Shown: positions 30,581-41,140, counted from the first letter of the stretch. The stretch is 60,038 bases of DNA from Candidatus Ghiorseimicrobium undicola (GCA_002796125.1 PCWA01000092.1:1-60038); one strand, 5' to 3'. Made by a program: numbers and translations. The notes: generated from the sequence alone by a model not told the origin.

Positions 30581-30979
30581 ATGCGTTTTAAACGTCATAT
30601 GGAGTTAGAGCAAGGATTGAGGCAAATTGATATCGCCCCTTTAATCGACATAGTATTTCAGCTTTTAATATTTTTTATGTTGACATCGAATTTTGTCATG
30701 CAGCCGGGGATAAGGGTTAACCTGCCTAAAGCGGTTACCAGCGATGTAATTGCGGAAGAGAGCCTTATTATCTCGGTATCCGCCGAAAATGTTATCTATA
30801 TAGAAGACAAAATCGCGACCCTCTCCGAATTAAAATTACAGCTAAAAGATTCTAAAAACAGGCCGGTATTGATTAAATCTGACCGTAGGTCATCATTGGG
30901 CAGAGTTGTTGAAATCTGGGATATATGCCGTGACCTGGGAATATCAAATGTTAATATCGCCACCAACCAGAAGGAATGA
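30581..30979 (+). CDS. ExbD/TolR-family protein
   Basis: IAPLIDIVFQLLIFFM and VNLPKA. Confidence 0.92.
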   Translation: MRFKRHMELEQGLRQIDIAPLIDIVFQLLIFFMLTSNFVMQPGIRVNLPKAVTSDVIAEESLIISVSAENVIYIEDKIATLSELKLQLKDSKNRPVLIKSDRRSSLGRVVEIWDICRDLGISNVNIATNQKE

Positions 30980-31674
30980 TAAGAAAAAACGCTAAACTGT
31001 TATTTATTATTTTTTTTTCCCTGATATGCCATTTATGTTTTTTTATACCTTCTGAAATAAATTTTGCCAGTTCCAATCATAATTTTAATTATCCGGGAAT
31101 ACATTTTTTAGGCGGAATCATTGACAGCAGTGATTTTTCTGATATGGGTAATCCGGTCAGCAGTTTTTCCGCCGGATACAAAGAAAAGCCGCCCCTTATT
31201 TTGTCTGGACAAAATTTGGAGGATAATATATTATATAAATTATCGAAGCTTAATTTACTGACACAGGATCGATTATATATGGCGGGGGCAGGGAAAAAGA
31301 ATGCGCCATATTCTAAATTGTTTTTTCTAAATATTAAAAAGCCGCAATTTTCTTACGCGGCCAACGTTGATCGCGCGATAAATTTCAGCGGTTTTGAAAT
31401 AACCGATAGCAAAAAATATGGTTACGGATTAACCGCGCCAGAATACAAGCTAAAAAACCCATTTTTTTATAAAGAATTATTTTTATCCGCTATCGAAGCT
31501 GAGTTCTTAATCTTGCCGCAGAGCAGGATTGCCGTCGTTAGAAAAATAGTTTCAAGCGGCGATTTTGAAGCGGATATATTCGCTATTAAGTCTATGAGAC
31601 GAAAACTTTATTTAAGGGGAGGGATGCGTGATTCTTCTTTTGAAAAGGCGCTCATAACTTTTAGCGATGATTGA
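30976..31674 (+). CDS. Membrane-anchored protein, possibly a divergent TonB/TolA energy transducer
   Basis: N-terminal TM with S..H (SLICH), C-terminal VSSGD..AD..A; follows exbBD. Confidence 0.45.
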   Translation: MIRKNAKLLFIIFFSLICHLCFFIPSEINFASSNHNFNYPGIHFLGGIIDSSDFSDMGNPVSSFSAGYKEKPPLILSGQNLEDNILYKLSKLNLLTQDRLYMAGAGKKNAPYSKLFFLNIKKPQFSYAANVDRAINFSGFEITDSKKYGYGLTAPEYKLKNPFFYKELFLSAIEAEFLILPQSRIAVVRKIVSSGDFEADIFAIKSMRRKLYLRGGMRDSSFEKALITFSDD

Positions 31675-31921
31675 AATAGACTTTTATAGCGCGATAAGTA
31701 TATTTTTGTCTGTTTTTCTTCTTGCCAGTTTTTTTTATTTTATTTTTACTGATGGCGCGAAAAGAAAAAACACTTCTCTTGATGCGCGTTATCTCTGGCA
31801 TTGCAGTGTTTGCCTGCATGCTTATTTTGATGCCAGAAGGAGTTCTTTTTCGCATTGTCCCAAATGCGGCAGTATTAATAAAAAAGATATAAATGGTAAA
31901 GCGGGTAAAGATGCGTTATAA
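31667..31921 (+). CDS. Small membrane protein with zinc ribbon
   Basis: TM helix followed by CSVC...CPKC. Confidence 0.65.
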   Translation: MIEIDFYSAISIFLSVFLLASFFYFIFTDGAKRKNTSLDARYLWHCSVCLHAYFDARRSSFSHCPKCGSINKKDINGKAGKDAL

Positions 31922-31986
31922 TAAATAATGTGCATATAAAAAAACCATTAAAGCAACTGTCTTTAATGGTTTTAAGGAGGATTAAT

Positions 31987-32187
31987 ATGATAACAGAAAT
32001 AGGCATAGTTGCCGGAGAGATATGGCATTTTCTTGATCAGAATCAGGAAGTTACGTTGTCTAAAATAATTTCTAATATTGACAGGCCGAGGGATAACATA
32101 TTAATGAGCCTGGGGTGGCTTGCGCGGGAAGGCCATATTCTTCTTTTGCAGGACAAGAAAGATTACAGGATTTCGTTAAGAAAATAA
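31987..32187 (+). CDS. Small winged-helix protein (DUF2582-like)
   Basis: IGIVAGEIWHFL...MSLGWLAREG; ATG 31987 after AGGAGG. Confidence 0.75.
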   Translation: MITEIGIVAGEIWHFLDQNQEVTLSKIISNIDRPRDNILMSLGWLAREGHILLLQDKKDYRISLRK

Positions 32188-32225
32188 AACAGGATTTATT
32201 AATTAATTTATTATAAAATTTAACA

Positions 32226-32711
32226 ATGCTTATCATGCCGCCCATAGCCAGAAAGTTTCAAGCACTATACGCTATAGGCAATACAGCCTGCGCCAAATAC
32301 GGCATAGCTATGGCGACTGTGTTGATATTTATGCTTTTACTTACTATTATTGCCGGAGCATCTCTTTCCGTGATGACAAAGCAAGCAAGGTTGGCGGAGC
32401 ATCAGATACGCAGGACAAAAGCTTTTTTTGCTGCCGAGGCCGCTGTCAATAAAGCATACCAATCATTGCGTTACGTAGACATAGCCGGAGCTCCTGTGGG
32501 TAACTGGAGCGATGCTAATGGCAATGGTGTTTGGGAATGGCAATGGAATGGGCAATTTGAATGGGATGTTAGAAACAACGGGAGTGGGCCGGGAGATTTT
32601 ACAGCCTGGGATATTCGGGTGCTATACAATAGAAACCTTGCCACTACCGTAGAAGGCGGCGTCACTCTGCGCCCTAGAGAGATAAGGGCAATTATTGATT
32701 ACAGCCCGTAA
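32226..32711 (+). CDS. PilX-like minor pilin / pilus assembly protein
   Basis: G-IAMATVLIF hydrophobic helix followed by KAFFAAEAAV. Confidence 0.65.
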   Translation: MLIMPPIARKFQALYAIGNTACAKYGIAMATVLIFMLLLTIIAGASLSVMTKQARLAEHQIRRTKAFFAAEAAVNKAYQSLRYVDIAGAPVGNWSDANGNGVWEWQWNGQFEWDVRNNGSGPGDFTAWDIRVLYNRNLATTVEGGVTLRPREIRAIIDYSP

Positions 32712-32917
32712 TGTCTTATTGAGCTTTGCACAACTAATAATGGTAAAAATTCCGCAAAACATAAGCGAAATATTGACTGCCTTAATGCCATTGGTAAAGC
32801 AAAAGTCAATAGTTTCTTAATATTAATCATGCCTAAGCTATATGTTTGTTTTTAAGATAAGTAATTTTATACCACCTAGTTGTTAATTACTCCGCATCAT
32901 ATCTTACCATTTATCCT

Positions 32918-32945
32918 TAAGTAAACCTAAGTAAATCTAAGTAAA
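32918..32945 (+). promoter_or_regulatory. Three TAAGTAAA direct repeats with exact 10-bp period
   Basis: 32918-25, 32928-35 and 32938-45, upstream of TTGACA (32993-98) and the Xis/BldC-like gene. Confidence 0.6.
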
Positions 32946-33074
32946 ATTTTTATAAACTATCATTAATTTTAGCATTATAATTAAAAAAATACTTGACAAT
33001 ATTAATTCATTATGATGTAATATGTTTTAAATATATGCTTACATGTTACTTGTTGTATCTTATAGAGGACGAAT

Positions 33075-33275
33075 GTGATGAATAGGCTGATGGATATTGA
33101 TGAGTTAGCGCATTATTTAAGGCTAAAACGGCAAACTATTTACAATTGGTTGCATCAACGGAAAATATCCGGCATTAAGGTCGGGGGTGTATGGCGTTTT
33201 GACCGTAGAGAAATAGATTTATGGCTGAAAAGTAATCAGCGTAATTCATTGGCAAGAGAGAAGAAGGACGCTTAA
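33075..33275 (+). CDS. Excisionase/MerR-like HTH (HTH_17, BldC-like) regulator heading the pil operon
   Basis: LMDIDELAHYLRLKRQTIYNW...KVGGVWRF..IDLWL. Confidence 0.85.
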   Translation: MMNRLMDIDELAHYLRLKRQTIYNWLHQRKISGIKVGGVWRFDRREIDLWLKSNQRNSLAREKKDA

Positions 33276-33278
33276 TAT

Positions 33279-34847
33279 ATGGCTAAGAATTCCATGCTTG
33301 GGGTATCTTTCACTTATGACTCCATAAATATTGTGGAGCAGCAGGCAGGCAAGGCTGTGAATTCCATAAAAATACATATTGATAATAAGCCTGAGGTTTC
33401 AGCCGGCCCGAATACAACGAAGGGCGAGGCTGATACCGCAGAGCTTATAAAAAATACCTTGGCTGAACAAAATATTGCGACGCAAGAAGCAGTTTTGGCC
33501 TTACTGAGCAAAGATTTGATTATAAGATTTTTTGAAATACCGCTTGTGCCTCGCAGCGAGATTGCTTCCACCGTAGGTTTTGAGGCGAAAAAATACGTCC
33601 CTTTTAAATTGGAAGAATTAATTTTTGATTTCCAGCCGAACATAGATAGGAAGAATAAAAAAATAGCCATTTTATTTATATCAATAAGAAGAGAGATAAT
33701 AGACAGGTATATGTCTATCCTGGAGCAGGCGGGTTTAAGCATTGTTTCAGTTGAGCCAATGTTTTTTAGCGTCATGAGAGCGGTTAAGCATATCACTAAA
33801 GCTGCAACCAAAGCGCCAATCGCAATTATTGATGTTGATTCAAGCTTTGAACGCGGAGATATAACGGTCATTGAAAGATTTTATCCCCTCTTAAGCCGCG
33901 ACCTTAATTTAAAAATTTACGCAGATAAAGATAAAGACGCTATTGAGAGCATCGCTTTGAAATTGGGCAATGAAATAAGAATTTCCCTTGATTATTATCG
34001 CCGGCAGTTTCCAGGCAGTTTTGTTAATATCGAAGAACTTATTTTACTTGCTCCGAGAGATTCCGGCGCGCTTGGCGAAACGTTGACTAAAGAGTTGGAA
34101 ATGAAGGTTCTGGCACCTGATATAAATGATTCTTTGGCTTTGATAGGCAAAGAATTGGATTTGGAACAGATTAGAGCCTATGGCGCGTCTTTGCTGAACA
34201 AAGTAAGCCTCCCGATAAAGATTAATCTTTTGGCAAAGATGGCGATTAAAGAGGCGGAAGAAAGGCCCCCGGCAAATTTAGAGAATATCCTGACTATTAT
34301 AGCCGAAAATGTGGATAAGAATTTTGTCATTAAAAATGTTGCGGTATTTTTGATTGTTGCTTCGGCAATTTATTTATTGGGCCTAAGGCAGGTCATGGCT
34401 GTAAATACCCGGCTTAAAAGCATAAAAACGGGAAGACAAAAATTATCTATATTAAAAGACATGAAAAAAATAACCTATCCCGCGCTTCAGACATTTGAAA
34501 AAGAATACGAGAAAAAAATTCAAGCTGTTGAAAAATTAGAAACTGAGAGGTCGTATCTTACTCCGAAACTTTCAGCGGTTGCTAAATCCGCTGAAAAGGG
34601 GATTTGGCTTGATCGGATCAGTTTTGACGATAAACAGGATAAGCAAAATTTGATTATTAGAGGCTTTGTATATTTGGCAGACGGGCAGAAAGAATTTGTC
34701 GCGGTGAATCAGTTTTTATCTAATTTGAAAGCGAGCGAAGAATTCTCGAGTTTTAAGGATATATCTCTCGGTGAAGTATCGCGCCTTAAAAAAGGCGAAT
34801 TTGATTTGACGAGTTTTGAAATACAGTGCAGAGATGTTAAGATGTAA
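33279..34847 (+). CDS. Type IV pilus PilM-PilN fusion
   Basis: PilM actin-like domain (FEAKKYVPF..EEL.FDF, EIRISLDYY), then INLL, a TM helix and a PilN-like domain (GIWL..I). Confidence 0.8.
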   Translation: MAKNSMLGVSFTYDSINIVEQQAGKAVNSIKIHIDNKPEVSAGPNTTKGEADTAELIKNTLAEQNIATQEAVLALLSKDLIIRFFEIPLVPRSEIASTVGFEAKKYVPFKLEELIFDFQPNIDRKNKKIAILFISIRREIIDRYMSILEQAGLSIVSVEPMFFSVMRAVKHITKAATKAPIAIIDVDSSFERGDITVIERFYPLLSRDLNLKIYADKDKDAIESIALKLGNEIRISLDYYRRQFPGSFVNIEELILLAPRDSGALGETLTKELEMKVLAPDINDSLALIGKELDLEQIRAYGASLLNKVSLPIKINLLAKMAIKEAEERPPANLENILTIIAENVDKNFVIKNVAVFLIVASAIYLLGLRQVMAVNTRLKSIKTGRQKLSILKDMKKITYPALQTFEKEYEKKIQAVEKLETERSYLTPKLSAVAKSAEKGIWLDRISFDDKQDKQNLIIRGFVYLADGQKEFVAVNQFLSNLKASEEFSSFKDISLGEVSRLKKGEFDLTSFEIQCRDVKM

Positions 34848-34878
34848 GCGCGTCGATACATAGCTGCTTTTCTAAAAT

Positions 34879-35430
34879 ATGCTTACTAATCAAAAGATAG
34901 ACATTTTTGTTTTATTAAAACACTATAAAAAAATATTGCCGGTTATCATTGCTGTCGCTCTTTTGTTTGCATACATCAAAATGCAAGAGGCAGGCGAGAA
35001 AAAAATTGAATTGTTACAAAAGGACATTGAAAAAGAAACAGCCGTTAATGAGCTCATAGATGAAATTAAAGACAAAGAAAAAGCATTTAACCAATACCGG
35101 CAGAAGTTTAGCGAAAAATCATCCGCTTTAATTATGCAGATGATTTCCAGGTTTGCGGCTGAGTCGCAAGTTAAAATAGCATCGCTTAGCCCTTCACGTT
35201 CAAGCAGCGGGGAGGTTTTTAGCCGGATGCCGTTTAACCTTAAGGTTGAAGGCACTTATCATAATTTGGGTTATTTTATCAGCATGATTGAATCATCCGA
35301 AGATATTTTGAAGGTTACTAACTTTAATTTAAGCCACGATATTCCCGGCACTAAAGGCAAAGAAAGCGGGCAGGAAAATTCGCTTATGGCGGTTATCATG
35401 CTTGATGCGATATATCTAATGAAAGATTGA
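34879..35430 (+). CDS. pilO: Type IV pilus assembly protein PilO
   Basis: TM, coiled coil and GTYHNLGYFISMIE. Confidence 0.85.
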   Translation: MLTNQKIDIFVLLKHYKKILPVIIAVALLFAYIKMQEAGEKKIELLQKDIEKETAVNELIDEIKDKEKAFNQYRQKFSEKSSALIMQMISRFAAESQVKIASLSPSRSSSGEVFSRMPFNLKVEGTYHNLGYFISMIESSEDILKVTNFNLSHDIPGTKGKESGQENSLMAVIMLDAIYLMKD

Positions 35431-35861
35431 AATGCTTTATAAAAATAAAATATAGCATGGAGAAAAAAATATCTTTTTTATTTTTATGTTTTTGCTGCAG
35501 TATTTTTAGTTTGGATGCGCATCCTGCTTTTGCCAAGGATACAGCTGATGCGCAGATAGTTTATTCAAGCGGGACTTATCGCGATCCTTTTCTTTCTTGG
35601 CTGCCTAAGCCTAAAGAAATTGAAGAAATTACAGAGATGATGGGTGCTGCGCAGAATAAAAACATACCTCCTTTTGTTGTCAAGGGTGTTGTTTGGGGTG
35701 AGGGATTTACGCAGGCAATTATAAATGACAGCGTAGTAAAAGAAGGAGATTATATTGAGGGAGCTAAGGTTTTGGAAATAAATAAAGATAAAATAAAATT
35801 ATCTTATGAGGATAATATATTTTTTCTCTCTGTCAGCGTAAATGATAAAGATAAGAAATAA
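35427..35861 (+). CDS. PilP/GspC-like pilus protein
   Basis: RDPF, VKGVVW, AIIN and VKEGD.I.GAKV.EI; lies between pilO and the secretin. Confidence 0.7.
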   Translation: MKCFIKIKYSMEKKISFLFLCFCCSIFSLDAHPAFAKDTADAQIVYSSGTYRDPFLSWLPKPKEIEEITEMMGAAQNKNIPPFVVKGVVWGEGFTQAIINDSVVKEGDYIEGAKVLEINKDKIKLSYEDNIFFLSVSVNDKDKK

Positions 35862-35877
35862 TAAAGGAGGTCAGATA

Positions 35878-37434
35878 ATGACTGGCGAAAATAATAGCCG
35901 CGGTTTTATGGTTTTATTATCCATGCTTATATCGTTATGCGTTTTTTCAAATGTTTTTGCCGCCGGTGATATCCCTTATGAAAATCTTTGGAAGCGTATT
36001 TCTATGGATTTCAAAGACGCCGATCTTAAAGACGTGCTGAAAATTTTTTCCCAGCAGTCAGGCCTGAATTTTGTAGCCGCGAGCGATGTGGAAGATAAAA
36101 CGCTCACGCTTTATTTGGATAATATTACGGTAAGAGAGGCCTTAGATAAGCTTTTGTCCGCCAATAATTTAGCATATGAGCTTTCTCCCCAGAGCAATGT
36201 CTTTGTAGTAAAGCCTTTGGCGCTGCCTGATAAAATTAAGACCGTTACTAAAGTATTCTATCTTAAGTTCGCGCGCGTGCCTGGTTCGCGCCTGAGCAAG
36301 GAAATAGAATCCGGTTTAAAGAAAGAAGCCGAGCTTACAGGCGGGGAGAGTCAACAATCAAAGTCAACAGCTGAAGAAGGCGGTATATTGCTAACGCTTA
36401 AAAACGTTATTACTGAGTATGGTAAAATAGATATAGACCCGCGCACAAACAGCCTTATTATAACGGATATCCCTCAGCAGTTCAGCGTGATAGAAGAAGT
36501 AATCGCGAAATTGGACAAATCCCTGCCGCAGTTAATGATAGAGGTAGAGATACTGGATGTTGCCAAAACCAAGATAGATGAGTTGGGAGTTAAATGGCCG
36601 CAAGCTATCGCAAAGCTTGATATTACGGGCTCCAGGATTACGTCTTTCCCATTTACTACCAGCAGATATCATGCGGATATCAGCGGCGCCGCATGGAGCG
36701 AGCTGACAAGCCCGGGCGGTACGGATTTAAGCGGGTGGGATGCGACAAAATTTGCTCCGACTATATTTAAGATAATAAACGCGGAACTCGCCTTGAATTT
36801 TCTTTTAAACGATAAGCACACTAAATTTCTCGCCCGTCCGCGTATTCTTACGACGAGTAATGAGACCGCGGAAATAAAAATTGTTTCCGATGAGGTAATA
36901 GGTTTAAAAAGAGAATATACGACTGAAGAAGGCACGACTAATGTTACCGAGGAGGCAGAGCGCGCCGAAACGGGTATAGCTTTAAGGGTTACGCCGCAGG
37001 TAAACCTTGATAATAACGAGATAACCATGTTTCTTACGCCTATAGTCGCAGAAAGCAAGGATTCAAGCGTTGAATCCGCCATAGGGCAGAAATATAAAGA
37101 CGTAGAAAAAAGAATTACAAAGTCAATAGTTAGAATGAAAGATTCTGAAACATTGATTATAGGCGGGCTTATACGCAAAAAGGATGAAGAAGCAAGATTC
37201 AAGGTTCCTTTTTTATCCAGTATTCCTATTTTAGGGGCGATGTTTAGAAGCAAGAGTAAGACCGCCGAAGACAGGGAATTGGTCCTGTTTCTTACTCCTC
37301 ATATTCTGCGCGATGATGGATGGGGCTATGTCAATCCTGCAGGTTCCCGTGGTTTGGCAATGGGTTTAGACAGGGAGCAATCATTATCAGGCAGGGATAT
37401 GGAAATAGAAAGATTATTGATGCAGTATGAATAA
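35878..37434 (+). CDS. pilQ: Type IV pilus/T2SS secretin (PilQ/GspD)
   Basis: ISMDFKDADL, DPRTNSLII, GIALRVTP, IIGGLI, KVPFLSSIPILG and LFLTPHI; start after AAGGAGG. Confidence 0.9.
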   Translation: MTGENNSRGFMVLLSMLISLCVFSNVFAAGDIPYENLWKRISMDFKDADLKDVLKIFSQQSGLNFVAASDVEDKTLTLYLDNITVREALDKLLSANNLAYELSPQSNVFVVKPLALPDKIKTVTKVFYLKFARVPGSRLSKEIESGLKKEAELTGGESQQSKSTAEEGGILLTLKNVITEYGKIDIDPRTNSLIITDIPQQFSVIEEVIAKLDKSLPQLMIEVEILDVAKTKIDELGVKWPQAIAKLDITGSRITSFPFTTSRYHADISGAAWSELTSPGGTDLSGWDATKFAPTIFKIINAELALNFLLNDKHTKFLARPRILTTSNETAEIKIVSDEVIGLKREYTTEEGTTNVTEEAERAETGIALRVTPQVNLDNNEITMFLTPIVAESKDSSVESAIGQKYKDVEKRITKSIVRMKDSETLIIGGLIRKKDEEARFKVPFLSSIPILGAMFRSKSKTAEDRELVLFLTPHILRDDGWGYVNPAGSRGLAMGLDREQSLSGRDMEIERLLMQYE

Positions 37435-37446
37435 GGGCATAATATT

Positions 37447-39156
37447 ATGGCGCGGGCTTATTTAAAATTAGGCGAGATATTGATAAAAGACGGGCTGATT
37501 ACGGAGGATCAGTTAAATCAGGCTCTTGCCATACAGGCCGAACACGGCGGCAGGATAGGCGAAGTTTTGGTAAATCTCAAGCTTGTTACCGAGCAGAATA
37601 TGATCGCGGCTATTGCCAAACAGTTGTCTATACCTTATGTAAGTTTGGGTACCGGCCATTTAAAGCCTGCCGTAGATCAGGGGTTGGAAGAATTGATCCC
37701 GCGGGATTACGCGGTTAAGCATTTTGTTTTACCTTTGTCGCGCAATCTTAATTCACTTACTTGCGCCATATCGGATCCGTTTGATCTTTTATTGCTGGAT
37801 AACCTTAAGAAGATGACCGGATGCGAAATAAACCCGGTTATAGCCACAAGCACGGATATAGAGACGGCGATTGATAAATTTTATGAAAAAGCGAGTATAT
37901 TTAAACAGGCGATACAGGAATCATATAAGATAAATAAACAGCCCTACATTAAAGATGAATCGGAGGAAGACGGCCTTAGCCTTGATAAACTTATAGAAAA
38001 AGCGGAAGAGGCCCCTGTAGTTAAACTTGTGGATTTAATTATCAGCCAGGCGATTGAAGAAAGGGCTTCTGACATACATATTGAGCCGTTTAAGGACAGG
38101 ATATCGCTGCGTTACCGCATTGACGGCAAGCTCTATGAGATACCGCCGCCTGCCAAACACCTGCATTTACCCATACTTTCCCGCATTAAAATACTTTCAA
38201 ATTTAAACATAGCCGAGAAACGCCTGCCGCAAGGCGGGGCCTTTTTCGTAAAAATTAAGAATCGCAATATAGATTTGAGGGTTTCCACCATCCCTACTAT
38301 ATACGGCGAGAAGATGGTATTAAGAATACTGGATAAGGAAAGCGTTAATCTGGACCTGTCGGCTTTGGGCTTTGATGATAAGCAATTGGCAGATTTTAAA
38401 AAAGGGATAAGCGCTCCTTATGGGCTGGTCTTTCTTACCGGGCCAACCGGCTCAGGCAAGACAACCACGCTTTATGCCGCGATTAACGCGATAAAATCGC
38501 CTCATAAAAATATTGTCACTGTAGAAGATCCGGTAGAATACCGTTTAGACGGCGTTAACCAGGTGCAGATAAAGCCGGATATCGGCCTGACTTTTGCCGA
38601 AGCTTTAAGGACATTTTTGAGGCAGGACCCGGATGTAATGCTGGTGGGTGAGGTCAGAGATTTAGAAACCGCGCAAATATGCGTGAGGAGCGCTTTGACC
38701 GGGCATTTGGTTTTTTCCACCTTGCATACAAATGACGCTACGAGCGCGATTACCCGTCTTATTGATATAGGTATTGAGTCGTATCTATTGCTGCCTTCTT
38801 TAATTATGATTGTTGCGCAACGTCTTGTGCGCAAGCTTTGCCCGCACTGCAAGGAAGCCTATGAGCCGGAGCATAAAAAAATAGGCACTGTTGGAATACG
38901 GTCAGATTTAATTTACCGCGCCAAGGGCTGTGATCAATGCGCTAATATGGGCTATAAGGGGCGTATTTGTATTTCAGAGGTATTGCTTGTTTCTAATGAA
39001 ATACTGGACGCGCTTTCTGAAGGGATTTCTCTGAGGAAAGTTAATGAACTGGCGCGCAGGCAGAATGTTGCTACTTTATTTGAGAGCGGGATAAGAAAAG
39101 TTGAACAGGGGCTTACCACTTTGGAAGAAGTAATGAGCGTCGCCTTAGAGACTTAG
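37447..39156 (+). CDS. pilB: Type IV pilus extension ATPase (PilB/GspE) with MshEN-like N-terminus
   Basis: KLGEILI..GLIT, ASDIHIEP, GPTGSGKTT, LRQDPD, GHLVFSTLH and CxxC pairs. Confidence 0.93.
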   Translation: MARAYLKLGEILIKDGLITEDQLNQALAIQAEHGGRIGEVLVNLKLVTEQNMIAAIAKQLSIPYVSLGTGHLKPAVDQGLEELIPRDYAVKHFVLPLSRNLNSLTCAISDPFDLLLLDNLKKMTGCEINPVIATSTDIETAIDKFYEKASIFKQAIQESYKINKQPYIKDESEEDGLSLDKLIEKAEEAPVVKLVDLIISQAIEERASDIHIEPFKDRISLRYRIDGKLYEIPPPAKHLHLPILSRIKILSNLNIAEKRLPQGGAFFVKIKNRNIDLRVSTIPTIYGEKMVLRILDKESVNLDLSALGFDDKQLADFKKGISAPYGLVFLTGPTGSGKTTTLYAAINAIKSPHKNIVTVEDPVEYRLDGVNQVQIKPDIGLTFAEALRTFLRQDPDVMLVGEVRDLETAQICVRSALTGHLVFSTLHTNDATSAITRLIDIGIESYLLLPSLIMIVAQRLVRKLCPHCKEAYEPEHKKIGTVGIRSDLIYRAKGCDQCANMGYKGRICISEVLLVSNEILDALSEGISLRKVNELARRQNVATLFESGIRKVEQGLTTLEEVMSVALET

Positions 39157-39168
39157 TTTAAGCATACT

Positions 39169-40422
39169 ATGCCGAATTTTTCCTATACAGCCAGAACAAG
39201 AGAAGGCAAGAAAGAAATCGGTACGTCAAACGCGATTTCTAAAGATGCTTTAGCGCAGCGCCTTCAAGAACGCGGGCTTATTGTAACCAAAATTGTTTCC
39301 GTGGAAAAAACTCGCGGTAAGATGATGGGTTTTGATGTAGGCAAGGAAGCCCCTAAGAAATTCACCCATAGCGGAGTAAAATTATACGACCTTGTTTTTT
39401 TTGCCAGGCAGCTCGCTATCCTCGTCGATTCCGGAGTAACGATACATAGAAGTTTGGACGCTCTTTTAAAACAGGTGGATTCTGTTAAGCTGCATAAGAT
39501 TATTCTTCAGGCGAAAAAAGATATTGAGGCGGGCCTGACTCTTAAGGATGCCCTGGCAAAGTACCCAAAGGTTTTTTCCGAGTTGTGGATAAATATTATT
39601 GAGTCAGGCGAGGCGAGCGGAAATTTAGCTTTGGTTTTGGACAGGCTGGCTAAATATATGGAAATGCGCGCCGAGTTTAACCGTAAGATTACATCCGCTT
39701 TGATTTATCCGGTTATATTATTTGCAGTGGCTTTATGCGCCATAATATTTTTTGTGGTAAAAATCGTGCCCACGTTCGCGGAGTTATTTAAGGGTTTAGG
39801 CGCGGAACTGCCGGCTCTTACAAAGGCCTTGGTCAATATTAGCAACGGCGTAAAGGATAATTTTTTTATCGGCATAGCTTTAATCATCGGCCTTTATTTC
39901 GCTTTCAAAACTTTTGTTAAAACAAGCCAGGGCAGGTATATTTTTGACGTGTTTAAGATAAAGCTTCCGCTATTCGGAGATTTTTTCAAGGTTATGGCGG
40001 TTGAAAGGTTTACTTCCGAGATGGCGACTTTAATAGAAGGCGGCGTGCCCATACTTTATGCTTTGGAGATTACCGAACGAAGCTCGGGCAATAAGATCCT
40101 GCAGGCGATAATCAGGGACGTGAAAGTAAACGTGAGAGAAGGGCAGTCTTTGGCGGCATTATTGGGGAAAAACAGTTTTTTCGAGCCTATGGTTATACAG
40201 ATGATTTCCATAGGAGAAGAGGTAGGCGAGCTGGCTAAAATGTTCAGGCGCGTGGCTAATTTTTACGAAGAGTATGTCCAGACCTTTATCGGCAGGTTCG
40301 CCACTATATTTGAACCTATTATGTTGGTGTTTATGGGCGGCGTAATCGGTACTATGCTTATCGCTTTATTTTTGCCTATTTTCAGCATCGCGACTTTAGG
40401 CGGAAAAGCAGCGGGTTTTTAA
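39169..40422 (+). CDS. pilC: Type IV pilus platform protein (PilC/GspF)
   Basis: FARQLA, GEASGNL, ALIYP, GEEVGEL and EPIM. Confidence 0.93.
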   Translation: MPNFSYTARTREGKKEIGTSNAISKDALAQRLQERGLIVTKIVSVEKTRGKMMGFDVGKEAPKKFTHSGVKLYDLVFFARQLAILVDSGVTIHRSLDALLKQVDSVKLHKIILQAKKDIEAGLTLKDALAKYPKVFSELWINIIESGEASGNLALVLDRLAKYMEMRAEFNRKITSALIYPVILFAVALCAIIFFVVKIVPTFAELFKGLGAELPALTKALVNISNGVKDNFFIGIALIIGLYFAFKTFVKTSQGRYIFDVFKIKLPLFGDFFKVMAVERFTSEMATLIEGGVPILYALEITERSSGNKILQAIIRDVKVNVREGQSLAALLGKNSFFEPMVIQMISIGEEVGELAKMFRRVANFYEEYVQTFIGRFATIFEPIMLVFMGGVIGTMLIALFLPIFSIATLGGKAAGF

Positions 40423-40639
40423 CCTTGCTTTTAGTTGAAAATAGATGAAATATATGTTAAGCTTCTATGGAGGGGGGTGATAGGTAAAAACAGCAGGATC
40501 AATAAGCAAGGCCATGATATTTCTGATGCGCAGGATAATTAAAAATACGCCTTGCCTTAAGGTTGCGTGGTAGGCACAATAAAGTGCCAACTGCGCCTTT
40601 GTTGGGCGGGTGTTTCGCTTTCAGCGAAAGGAGGAGGAT

Positions 40640-41047
40640 ATGTTTAGTAGAAGAGGTTTTACCCTTCTAGAACTTATCATTGTGGTAATAATCATTGCTA
40701 TATTGGCCGGAGTGGCGCTCCCTCAATATATAAAATCAGTGGAAAGAGCCAAAGCCGGTAAAGCGGTTAACGCTTTGGGAATAATCAGGCAGGCGGAGAA
40801 TCTGTATCGCGCGGCCAACGATACTTATATTGATATTTCCAGCGGCGGCTATGAGGCGGCCTTAGGTAATTACGTGGAAATGGTAAATGTTGATGCCGAT
40901 ACGGATTGGGCGTATGATGTTACTGGTTCAGGACCGGATACTTTTCTTGCGACCGCTTCAAGAAACACTGGCCCATACGCGGGCGAGAGTATAACAATTG
41001 ACCAGGACGGCGTTATTGACTGGAGCGGTTGGTCGATCGGGCCATAG
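40640..41047 (+). CDS. Type IV (probable major) pilin
   Basis: MFSRRG/FTLLELIIVVIIIAILAGVALPQY; strong RBS GGAGGAGG. Confidence 0.92.
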   Translation: MFSRRGFTLLELIIVVIIIAILAGVALPQYIKSVERAKAGKAVNALGIIRQAENLYRAANDTYIDISSGGYEAALGNYVEMVNVDADTDWAYDVTGSGPDTFLATASRNTGPYAGESITIDQDGVIDWSGWSIGP

Positions 41048-41140
41048 TAGCATAATTTAGTACTTATTGTTTTGTAAAAGCCCGTTAGAAAATTATACTG
41101 CTTTTGGATAGTGGAGTTTGTCCGGTATTAAGAAGCTTAT

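Noticed and set aside
40423-40639. c-di-GMP riboswitch upstream of the pilin
   Set aside because: Small hairpins are present, but I could not match a class I or II consensus; an Rfam scan would settle it.
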